Assembly: GCA_010909165.1 (NCBI GenBank)
Contig: VJWM01000044.1
Span: forward strand, 496,001 to 560,000
Reading direction: 5' to 3'
Length of the DNA: 64,000 bases
Source: Anthoceros angustus
Lineage: Eukaryota; Plantae; Anthocerotophyta
Both the position numbers and the translations under genes were made by a program. Under the pieces are notes generated by a model. That model worked only from the letters and a program-made list of their open reading frames with translations, did not search any database and was not told the DNA's origin. Shown here piece by piece: positions 27,001 to 38,978 of the stretch. The first letter of the stretch is position 1, and the number at the start of each line of letters is the position of its first letter.

Positions 27001-27842
27001 TAGCCTCCCTCATCGAAGGCACAGTCCTCTTTGCCTGCCCTGGAGCTCTCCTCCTTCAGGTCCGCAAGATTACACCACGCTGACTTCACCATGACAGGAA
27101 GCTTGCCGAGCAGCACCATACCAAGGTCGCTGGATTCCAACAGGCTTTCTCCTCCGTCCTTGCAAGGCACGTAAATCTCAAGCCTCATGTGCACGAATAC
27201 GTCAGCAGCATATGTCAGGTTGCGCAGACGGGCTTCCCGCGGGTATACACTGTGCCTAACCTCCTCCTCCTCCTCACCATCAGGCTCACAATCCACCACC
27301 GACACCTTCCCCTTGGAGTCGCCAATTTTGCTCGTCCTCTGCTCTTTTCCTCTCCGCCGCTTCTTCCCCTCCACACCCTGCAGCCACTCGTCATCACTCT
27401 GTGAAAAGTCGGCTGCAGCTCCGGCCCCGTCCCCGTCCCCGTCCTGATGCTGATTACGTCCCACCGGCACCGTCGCACGGTCTTGGCTCACAGTCCTCCG
27501 CGGAACGCTGGGCTTGGACACACGGACTTCTCCGAACCTGACTCTGGCTTGCCTGGGGAAGCCGTCAATCCTCTCCGCAGCAGCACTGTGATCCGGCTCA
27601 ATTTCCAGCACCGGCGCTTCGTCGATGAGCGTTTGGAGCCCGTTCGAAATGAAGTCGTTGTAGGATTGAAGCTGGTGATGAAACAGTGGCTTTTCCTGGA
27701 GAAACGCTCGAACCACGGTCCAGCGCCACCTCTCCTCCTGGCTGGAGATGTCCGTGAGCTGCATGCCAACTGGTGGTGGCTTGTAGCCAGCACTTGCGCC
27801 GTCCAGTAGTTCGCAAGGAAATTCATGCGCGCCCATTTCCAT
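24015..27842 (-). CDS. NRPD2/NRPE2-like: RNA polymerase IV/V-type second-largest subunit, paralog A (divergent, intronless, ~1275 aa)
   Basis: RPB2-family motifs YPREARLRNLTY, GGYFIIKGAEK, metal-B GYNQEDS and a C-terminal Zn site. NRPD2-type diagnostics QKHSKQAIG, NPHAFPSRQT and PLTRQPV, versus Pol II NPHAIPSRMT. Confidence 0.88.
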   Translation of the reverse strand: MEMGAHEFPCELLDGASAGYKPPPVGMQLTDISSQEERWRWTVVRAFLQEKPLFHHQLQSYNDFISNGLQTLIDEAPVLEIEPDHSAAAERIDGFPRQARVRFGEVRVSKPSVPRRTVSQDRATVPVGRNQHQDGDGDGAGAAADFSQSDDEWLQGVEGKKRRRGKEQRTSKIGDSKGKVSVVDCEPDGEEEEEVRHSVYPREARLRNLTYAADVFVHMRLEIYVPCKDGGESLLESSDLGMVLLGKLPVMVKSAWCNLADLKEESSRAGKEDCAFDEGGYFIIKGAEKVLFPQEHAFRKRITVARMRKKPGFIACSLGECPGSNAMYRNAVFLKAAAGSDPCGSQLCTVRLRDVPDQVPVVIGMRALGVASDKEVLQAIIPNDAHDAEMVELVLGFIRHADREVSRFLKLKSRSVNVSARELDSLKFIGSKVKDGMGPDEVASAQNALSKLFDQEGLGNKAKAFVLGYMVYRLCCCYLGRDEVDDKDDLRNKRVDLAGYLMSLEFRNQMSRYKTELRRRIQKALSSKKGLSLNKLTTLTDSKLITLGFQRAFSSGEWSAIGVRSAKMTGVVGDLSRTNPLSVLSQLRKMRAEGRYADPTARDLNYSHWSRVCPLENPEGENSGLVKTLALSSFLSADFAKDIVHGFLEDLGMETLNMASIETVRRSWKVFLNGSWVGCHHQPDSLVHEVRELRRHEQGVRGFNELEIVQDGKMQEVRIYADAGRTLRPLLIVEDQKLKIHAKHIAHLNSAPEHGFSYLLQEGVVEFLGVEEEESALIAVDMEDLASAQKDPHRGSYTHCELHPLLLFGVGASSIPFANHNQSSRNTHQAQKHSKQAIGNYTTNLRARSDTNAHALFYPQRQLVNTGAAACLGKDELSNGQNAIVAIACYLGYNQEDSMIMNQSAIDRGLFCSMHYRTEKCTLLIGEGYGKHSRMPDGSDHLESDGFPPLNHRLSLGEVIAGRGGEDAGNFKLHMTDISSKDSKARLSHQGMRIDQVIQTTQEDGYHLAKVRMRKQRAPEVGDKFSSLHGQKGVISKVFRQEDMPFTQDGIVPDIIINPHAFPSRQTLGQLMEFLHAKAVAVPARQSSHCLGRSDATPFSPLTRQTIAAELHRLGYQKLGQETMYNGQTGLEMEALITISPAFYQRLNHMVAETIKYRGEGRRNPLTRQPVKQRDQFGGVRFGTMERDCLIAHGGARMVWERTFVLSDFYRILYCKTCHLMVTRDHKSIGKQPMCLCCRSPKSVVELEIPYACKLLYQELLSMGLKLKLVTEPDQ

Positions 27843-28289
27843 CCTTCGCTCATCAGTCCACAATCCTGGCGTCCACCCTTTACGCACCCCTGCGCTGCGA
27901 ATGGGACGTAAAACACGCCACAATACTTAAAGTCTCGTCTTGGAAATGGATGTAGGAAAGATGCTCTCTATCAGTGTGAGCCCAGCCGGGAAAAATTTGC
28001 GGCCCAGCCTGGCCGGCCAAATTTCTTCCATTGCGTCCCGGCAGGGAAGCCTGTCCGAGAGGGACACAGGACCCAGCCTGAAATTAGTACTAGTCCGAAA
28101 TTATTAGGAAACATTATCATCTTATAAATATCATATATATAAGGCTTTATAAGAGTTACTATAAACCAAGAAAGAAGACTTTATTCTAAAAAAGAGATGG
28201 AAAAACTTATCTATCCATGTCAAGAGGAATAGCCCCTCGATCACGCATTTCAAAACTACCAACCGCCTGAAGAACTTCGTAGTCAGGGA

Positions 28290-29230
28290 TGTGAAAAGGC
28301 CTATTGACCACCAGTATCAAAGAAGCTGCAACTCCCACGCTCGCTGTCGTTCTGTACACTGCATTGGCCAATGCCCTTTGTAGAGCGATAGAAACCCTCT
28401 GCCGGAAGAAAGCAACAATACAAGAAAGGGGGAGGCCAACCCCATTCTTGAGGCTGTGATAAGCCTTGGCGCAGGCCTTGACGAACCTAGAGAAATCCTT
28501 GCCTATGGCTCCGTGAGTCTCGATGGCAAGGGGGACGAAGGCGTGGCCTCTTGCATAGGAGAGTACTTGTGAACCTTAACCGTCGCGCATCCCTCCACCG
28601 CCCAACCCGGAGGGTTAAGGATAACATGTTTGCAGACACTATCCCGAGTGGGATCGATTATAACCACATCAGCAATCGAAACCTGATACCCGGGTCAAAA
28701 ATAGATCAGCCCTAAGTGAAACCTCGTTGAGCAGGTGTACCCTAAATGGAAGGAACCCACCTTTCCTAGCAATAGAGAACATGACATCTCAGCGATACGC
28801 TGCCCGATACGCTGCCCACCCACAGGACAACGAGCCAAGTGCGTCCCGGAGTCATCGAGAGGGCCCCTCAACTGCAAGTTGAAAGAGAGCAAGCCAAAGG
28901 ATGGACCAAGCCCAGACGAAAACGCATCGTGGTGAAAAAAGTTGCTGGTGCGATGCAGAACGCCCGAATACTAGGTCGAGCCACAAGTCAGGAACCTACC
29001 CCCTTCCCCGAGCAAGAGTGGAGACAAACCCGAGTGGGCCTAGGAATGGAGGAATCCTAGAGAAACCAACTGTGCCCGCCCGAACTGTTTTTCCACGAGG
29101 GCTTCAACCGCCTTTGTTTTGGAATCAAATGAAACGACACACATATAACTCAATACGAATCTAAATACGCTGCAATCGCTTGAAGCCCCCGGAGTCCAAC
29201 GGGAAGAGAAGAAAAAGAGGCATGGCAACC
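28290..29230 (-). mobile_element. Degenerate 3' remnant of a CRE/RLE-type non-LTR retrotransposon
   Basis: Minus-strand translation across stops and frameshifts: LHSCSGKGVGS*L..P...FFTTMRFRLGL..P...CS*G.LDDSGTHLARCPVGG (CCHC knuckle), ADVVIIDPT, GHAFVPLAIETHGAIG, SIALQRALANAV. This is the restriction-like endonuclease C-terminal module. Boundaries approximate. Confidence 0.75.
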
Positions 29231-29536
29231 TTCGCTTTGGAGAATAAAAGAGTCATGGCTAATCTTAACGAAGCCTATATGAGAAAAAATCCTCCAGATG
29301 TGAATGATGAATTAAGAAAAGGGATGGGCTAAAAAAGCCGCTAGCGAATGCCGAATTAAGAAACGGGAGCACAAAAATGGGGGCACATGGCATTAGGTAC
29401 TTGAAGTCTCGACTGTTCTCGGATTTGATGTCAAATGTAGCGTCTCGATTTACTTCGCAAGTTGCTAACTCTGACTTAGGACGCAGAGGAGATGTAAGTA
29501 GATTACTTTACTGCATCCTTGAGCAGAAGGGAAGCC

Positions 29537-31533
<1,997 letters not shown>

Positions 31534-33070
31534 CCGGGGTGTTACGACAGAGTATTTAGAAGGGCTGCTGCACATACATTTAGCTCGTTTCCCAAAAACG
31601 AAGCGGATGCATTCTCCGAGGCAGGACAAAATGTACATACACAAGTTCAAATAGTTCCAAGGCTAACACAACCAGATGTCTGGCTCCAGGGCTAACTGCA
31701 TAATCCCTATGAAGCAATTTTGAGGTGTGTTTTGGCCAGTGAAGGATAGGAAAATAGTAAGAATTTGTTCCGTTCTTATACCTAATCTTTTCATTCTCCG
31801 TATCTTATGACAATTACCTTTTGATACGATTTTTTTCTCTAATACATACACTAATTATTTATAGTTGATAAAATTCCAAGCAGAAAATTGAAAGCGAAAA
31901 GCTGGCCAAACACAGAAAGCCAAAGTATAACCCCCTTGAGGACATGAAAAAAGACTTTGTCAAAGCTTATATCCAGTTTCATATACTATTATCTCCGGTA
32001 TTGTACGATGCTGTATGACAGCATATATGTTGAATATTATATCGAGTGGATATTTTTGTATACTGAGATTTATTTGTGAACATTATATCGAATGGATATT
32101 TTTGTATACCAAGGCCTATTTGTGTATCGCTCTACGGCATCAGCCCGTCACGACCGATAGGAAGCCATGGCACTCATGTCACTGTTGTCAAGGCGAGGGT
32201 GAGAAACATATTACTTATCTATATATCGCAAACAATTATTTTGGTCTAGTACACATGTGGAATTAAAAAACTTCTTTGTACATGTCCTAGATAAACTCTG
32301 ACGTTATATCAAAATTTCTCATGTCCAAACTAATATTTACATCAAGGCACCTTCCCACAAATAAATGTATATGAGGTAACATGCAACTTTTTAAAGTTCA
32401 AAATTTTCTTATATAAAGTGATTTAAAATTTACTACCACTTTCATCATAAGTTTTGTATATTGAATTTATTATATATACATTAAATTATTATCCTTATAT
32501 TATACATATATTAGCTAGCAAGTATATGGTATAGCGGAACATGCGAATATTTGTACCTCTTTTCCCACTCTCAATTCTGGGACCTACGGTCGGGGAACGC
32601 GGGGAAGCAGCAACGATACCGTAACACGATGTTGGCGTTTCATAAGCGATTTCACATGGGGCGTGATTTCTGTAAGCTTTCTGTTGCCATGAGGAGTGAT
32701 GAGTTGCTGTCACGCTTCCAGTGCCGGCTCGGGCAGTGGAAGCTATACGGCGGCATATTAACGGCTGTCCGCCGCTTCCCGCGCTCCCCAAGCTTGCTCT
32801 CGAGCATTACAGAGTCGCCTGCTTGCGAGCAGCGTTGGGGAGCTTCAGTCACGCAATTGACTGTGTGCATGCCTGCTGTGGAGCGGAGGGAGTCGCCAAT
32901 TTTGCAAACGAGAGGTGTCGGTGGAGTTCTTCCTTTCTCTTCAATGTGCGTGCTCGGTTTGCGAGCTCAGGTGTTTTCTCCGCTGTGGCAGGCATTGGGC
33001 ATAGCGTCGGAAGTCGTCTGAAAGGAAGCTAATTGGAGCTCCCACATCGACTTGCCTCAAGATTGTCGGC

Positions 33071-36000
33071 ATGGAGGTTGATAGGGAGGATGATTTGGAG
33101 CAGAGCGACCTGTTGAACGAGGACGCGGAGATGAAAGATGCCGGGATAGGAGGCGGCGGTGAAGCTGGCTTGTTGTCAGGTCGGTGGGACTCGCCGCAGC
33201 TGCGAGGGGGACGGTGGTGTAGAATTGAGCTGAGCGAGTTTAGTTTGCGTGATGGCTGAAGCTTGTGGTTGAACAATTGTTGGCTTGTCTTGTCATGCAG
33301 AGGGGGAGGGGGGGGAGAGTGCGGACAAGGGGGCGTGCCCCGGACTTCCGAACATGGAGATGGATACCGGAGGAAGTCGAAGGGGGCTGAAGGATATTTC
33401 TGACGAGGTGCAGAGGATGGTTTGGACGATAGTGAAGGCGTTCTTCAAGGAAAAGACTCTGGTTGCGCACCAGGTTTCGGCGTTCAATGATTTCATGAAC
33501 TTCGGGTTGCAGAGACTGATCGACGAAGCTCCTGTTCATGAGATACCCCCGGATCACAGTCCCGCTGCAGTCCGTCATGACAACCTTCCGAAGCAAGCCC
33601 GGGTTAGGTTCGGGAAGGTGCATGTTGTGAAGCCGAACATTTCGATGAAGCCTCCCAAGCCGGTTGTCAATTTTGGAGTGCAGGATGCGGACAAGAAGGC
33701 TGCAGATGGTGACAAAGAGACGTGGGGAGTGGGAGAGAACGGTGGGGGAGGAAACGGTGAGGGAGGAGGGCAAGGGGCGGGCTGGGGCAATGGAGATGCA
33801 GCAGTTGATAATGGTTGGGGTGAACCCGCCCGTGAGGAAAATGGTTGGGGAGGTGCTGGTGGTGACACAGCCATGCCAGATGGCTGGGCTACCTCCGTGA
33901 AGGGACAGTGCAAGTCACCTGCTGGAGATGAAGCTGCAGCTTTATGGGGTGAAGCAGGAGATAATCAGACGAATGTTGGGGGAAGCGGTCAGAAAGGTGG
34001 ATGGGAGGAGACGAAGTGGGGTGACGACAGTGAGAAAGGATCTAACAAGGGGAAAGGTAATGGAGCATTTGATTTTGAAGGAGACGAGGTAAACTACGGT
34101 CTGAAAGCAGGGAAAGGGAAAGGGAAAGGGGTAGGGAAAGCTCATGAAGACGAAGGAGTAGACTATGGCAAAACTTGGTGTGGCGATGAGGGAATAGAGT
34201 ACGGCAGCATGGCTTCCAAAGGGGGCAAACTGCCTGCTGAGGACGATGAAGTTGCTTTTGGCATCAAGGCCTCTAAGGGCAAACTGCAAGCTGGAAAAGA
34301 AGGGGTGTGGAAACAGGCATGGAAGGGTGACAGTGATGGAAACAACGAAGAGGATCCCAAAGATCGAGGCAAGGGGGTCGGGAAAGCTAAAGGGAATGGC
34401 AAACTTGATGCAGAACAGCAGACAGTGAAACCTAAGGGAAGAACTAAAGGAACTGCTGCAGACAGAAAGAAAAAGGGGAAAGCTGTTGAAGGTGATCAGG
34501 CGGATGGAGGAGTACAGGATGCAACAGAGAAGAGAGGGAGTGGTGGAAAGAAGCGGAAGTCTCGAAAGGAGACCCACGCTGAGGCAGAGGAAGAAGATGT
34601 TCGCACTGTTCTTTACCCTAGGGAGGCTCGGCTGCGGAACTTAACATATGCTGCTGATGTCTATGTTGACATGACGGTTGAAATTTATGTGTCTCCTTCG
34701 GCTGGAACGACCTCCAAAGCTGGCAAGTCCGGGTCTGCAGATAAGTCATCCAGCTCCAAAGGCTTCTCTGAAGGCCGACCTGCAGAAGGGGAAGAGAGAA
34801 TTCTGGAAGTAAGGTCCCTCCCTCGTGAGCATCTGGGGAAGATACCTGTTATGGTGAAATCAGAATTTTGCAATCTTCACGGTCTGGATAGCAAGCGGGT
34901 AGCAAAGGAGGACGATGCTTATGACATTGGTGGGTACTTCATTATTAAAGGTGCAGAAAAGGTGTTTTTTGCACAGGAGCAGCCTTTTATACACCGCCTT
35001 ACGCTCTCTAGGAACAAAGACGGATTAACTGCGTCTTCTGGTGGAGGGTGCAAGGGAACTAACTTGGTGTTCAGAAACACTGTCTATCTGAGGAGAAAAG
35101 TACCTCAAAAAGGATCTGTGGAGGCAAGTGGACCTCTTGTATGCCAAGTTCGTTTGAGAAGGGTCGGAGATACCATCCCTTTGGTGATTGTGTTGCGAGC
35201 ACTTGGGGTCGTTGCAGACAGAGATGTGCTTAAGATTGTATGTGTTGATCTTGAGGATAGCAGCATGGTGGAGGTGGCACTCCCATTTATTCAAGATGCA
35301 GACAAGGAAATGACTGATTTCCTTGAAACTGAAGGGAAGAATCCTAGTAAGGCACGTGAGAAAAAAAATGCCTTGAAGTACATCTTCTCAAAGATGAAAA
35401 CCAAGCCAAAAGACTATCTTCAGGGTGTTACAGAAGTTCTGGGCTTACTTTTTCAGGAGCAGGTTATCAACTCGGAGGTCGTGCAAGAACAGAGATCTGC
35501 GCCGGAAACAGAGGCCCTAAATGACCATGCAAAGGCACTCCTGTTGGGGTACATGGCGCACAAACTTTGTTGCTGCTACTTGGGACGTTTGGACGTGGAT
35601 GACAGAGATAACTTCAGGAACAAACGTCTGGATTCAGCAGGTCACCTGCTAAGTCTGGAGTTCCGGAACCTTATGGTGAGGTTCAAGAACGAGATGAAGA
35701 GGAGGATTCAAAAGTCTTTTGCCAAAGCGAGCGTCAACTTCAGGCTAGATACCTCCATTTTCACCTTAGGTTTCCAGAGGGCCTTCTCTACAGGAAACTG
35801 GAGTGCTCGGGGTGACATGAACAGCAAGTGCACAGGAGTGATATCAGATCTGCCACGTGCAAATCCCATGAGTGCATATTGCCAGTTGAGAAAGACAAGG
35901 ACGCAGGTCAATTACATTGCAAAGGCAACAAATGCCAGGTACTTGAACTACTCACATTGGGGCCGAGTGTGTAGCTTGGAGACTCCTGATGGTGAGAACT

Positions 36001-37961
36001 GCGGCCTGGTGAAGAGTCTTGCACTGACGAGCTTTGTCAGTGTTGAATCGTCCGAAAAAATTGTTCATGACTTTCTCGCGGAAGTGGGAATGACAAAGGC
36101 CAACTCGGTCGGAACTGATTATGAGTTAATGCTGAAGTCAGATAAGGTTTTCCTTAATGGCAAGTGGGTTGGCTGTCATGCTGACCCGGACGGTCTTGTC
36201 AGGGGTATGCGCAACCTGCGCCGGCAGCAGTTCCTGAACAGTGAGGTGGAAATTGTTCAGGACAAAAAGATGAGGGAGGTTCGTATATATACAGATGCAG
36301 GCAGACCACTACGACCGTTGCTGATCGTAGAGGACCAAAGGCTTAGGTTGAATGTCAAGGACATAGAGCACCTGGAATCTGGCCCAGCCCATGGGCTCAC
36401 CTATCTCTTGGAGCGAGGGGTGCTGGAGTTCCTTGGGGTGGAGGAGGAAGAAGAGGCGCATATTGCAGCTGATACTGCTCAGTTGGAGGGTGCCCAGGGA
36501 AGTCCTGATGCCCTCGCTTTCACACATTGTGAGATCCATGCCCATCTAACGTATGGCCTAGGTGCCTCTGGAATCCCCTTCGCAAACTACAATCAATCTT
36601 CTCGAGATATGCAGCAGGCGCAGAAACATGGCAAGCAAGCCATTGGGAATTATGCCACTAATTTGCGAGCAAGATCAGACACTACTGCCCATGAGCTGTT
36701 CTATCCTCAAACTCAGTTAGTGAAAACGGGAGCCATCAGCTGCCTGCAGATGCCTGAGCTGGCGAATGGTCAAACCGCGATTGTGGCAATTGCGTGCTAC
36801 AGTGGATACAACCAGGAGGACTCCCTTATTATGAACCAGTCTTCCATAGATCGGGGACTATTTCGTTCCTTTCACTACAAGACCCACCGGAGCATATTGC
36901 GGAGAGGTACAGGTGAACAGTTTGGCAAGCCCGACCCCGAGAGCGCTACAGCTACCAAGAGCCCGCAGGCGTATGAAAAGCTGGATACGGATGGTTTTCC
37001 GTATGTAGGTGCAAGCTTGGCAGTCGGTGACATTGTGGTTGGAAAGTTGAGAGTAGACAGGAACGGCGTTGGGATGCCCACAGATGCGAGTGAGAAGGCC
37101 AAAGTCTCCAACAGAGGTCGGGTGGATCAGGTGATCCTGACTACTGAAGAGGATGGAACCTACATTGCCAAGGTGCGGGTGAGGCTACCTCGGGCCCCTC
37201 AGATCGGGGACAAGTTCAGCAGTATGCACGGGCAGAAGGGTGTGATCGGCATGATTTTGCCCCAAGAGGACATGCCTTTCACCAGAGAAGGCATCGTCCC
37301 TGACATCATCGTCAACCCGCACGCCTTCCCTACCAGGCAGACTCTTGGGCAGTTGATGGAGAATTTGCTGGGTAAAGTCGTGTCTTGTCCTGTTAAGGAG
37401 GGCAAGCGGAAGCTTATGAGGAGCGACGCCACTCCCTTTACAAGTCTGACGACAGATGCCATCACGGAGGAGCTCCACCAGTCAGGATACGGACGCTGGG
37501 CCAAGGAATGCATGTATAACGGATTGACTGGAGAGAAAATGGCGGCCCTGATCAACATTGGGCCAACATTCTACCAGAGGCTGACGCACATGGTGAGTGA
37601 CAAGGTGAAGTATCGAGGCAGAGGATTCGTGCACCCGCTCACTCGTCAGCCCGTGAAGGAGCGCGACAGGCACGGTGGGGTCAAGTTTGGAGAAATGGAG
37701 CGAGACTGTATGATCGCCCACGGCGCAGCCATGACTCTGCGAGAGAGAACCTTCGTCCTCTCCGATTTCTACAGGATCTACTACTGCAAGGGCTGCGAGG
37801 TTCTGGCAAGCATGGACAACTGCACCAAAATCCCCAGCTGCCGCATCTGCCGCCAAGTAAAGCACGTAGTTCAGCTGGAAATCCCCTACGCCTGCAAGCT
37901 TCTTCATCAGGAACTCCTGAGCATGGGCATCTGTGTAAGACTCATAACAGAGCCCTGTTAA
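33071..37961 (+). CDS. NRPD2/NRPE2-like: RNA polymerase IV/V-type second-largest subunit, paralog B (~1589 aa; exons 33071-33179 and 33301-37961)
   Basis: GYNQEDS, GDKFSSMHGQKG, NPHAFPTRQT, HPLTRQPV, GGVKFGEMERDC and RKTRTQVNY..K...ARY are NRPD2/E2-type. The upstream exon MEVDREDDLE... splices CAG|GTCGGT...GCAG|AG in phase 1 into the long ORF. Confidence 0.92.
33640..34610 (+). other. ~325-aa low-complexity insertion in paralog B with WG/GW motifs
   Basis: G/D/E/K/N-rich sequence between the conserved VKP and LYPREARLRN. It has 8 Trp flanked by Gly (TWG, GWG x3, GWA, LWG, GWE, KWG), four DE(G)[VI]x[YF]G repeats and a KKRKSRK basic cluster. Confidence 0.9.
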
Positions 37962-38051
37962 CCTCCAACTTCCCCTTACTCTCCAGCCTCCTACCGGCGA
38001 GCATGGTTGCACAAACAATACAAAAACAATTTTGAAATCTAGTGTGAAGAA

Positions 38052-38468
38052 TTAGGAACTTGGGTCCCCCTCTGCTCCTCCTCCGCCTCCGCCCTTCCCT
38101 TCCAGCCGCTTCCCGGCGAGGGCACTGCTGTCCGCCTCCAGGTTGTCCACGGACTTGGCGACTGCCTGCAGGTGGCTTTTGAAAGCGTGCACCCTCTTCG
38201 TCAGAGCCTCTACCTCTTCGCTGCACCTGTCCACAGTTCCCCTCACCAAGGCCACCCTTCCCAGAAGATTCTCCATCCTCTGGCCCACGAAGGTCTCAAG
38301 CTGCGTCACTCTGGCCTCCAGGTCCTGCAGGGGAGAGACCGCCCTGGCAGCAGAAGACAGTGCTTGCCCAGCGGGTGGAGTTCTCGGAGGAGACCCGCCC
38401 GGCACCGCAGAATCCATCCCACCAACAAGAAGAATGGGGAACAGAAGAAGCGCCAAAGCCCAGGGCAT
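38052..38468 (-). CDS. Small hypothetical protein with signal-peptide-like N-terminus and coiled coil
   Basis: 138-aa ATG-started ORF with hydrophobic WALALLLFPILLVGG and a heptad-like LQDLEARVTQLE...VEALTKRV...LQAVAKSVDNLE segment. Family not recognised. Confidence 0.55.
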   Translation of the reverse strand: MPWALALLLFPILLVGGMDSAVPGGSPPRTPPAGQALSSAARAVSPLQDLEARVTQLETFVGQRMENLLGRVALVRGTVDRCSEEVEALTKRVHAFKSHLQAVAKSVDNLEADSSALAGKRLEGKGGGGGGAEGDPSS

Positions 38469-38978
38469 CCAAAGCCCCGGCTGCCATGGCTATGCCTTTT
38501 CATAATAACACAACAGTGCAGTCGTGCAGTCTACAGTGGCATCCATGTGGGCGGCCTGAGGAATATGTGATATGGGAGCGAAGAAAGGATAAAATGAGAA
38601 AAATGGCTTGTAACGGAACCGGGGTCGCAGCTGCTGTTCCGACAGGAGGGGTCGCTGTTAGGGCCGCTGTTCCTTTCACCTGATTGCTCGATTGCTCTGC
38701 TCGGCAAGAGGAGAGCGCAGGAGTCCAGGTGCTGGACTGTAACCGGAAGCGGTTCCGGGTGGAGGTTCCGATTTGACCTCCTCCGCGTGAGGGGAACGAT
38801 CGGAGCGGTGCAGTGAAGTGGAGTGGGGGGATCCGGAGGTGAGGATTCTGGTGGGCGACGCGGATGAGGAGGGAAGCGTCCGCGCTGCTTCCAGCTGGGG
38901 TACCGTGGCGGAATTCGGGGTGGCGGGATGGGGAGGTGTGATGGCGGCTAGGTAGGTGGTAGGTGGGTGGTAGGCGGG

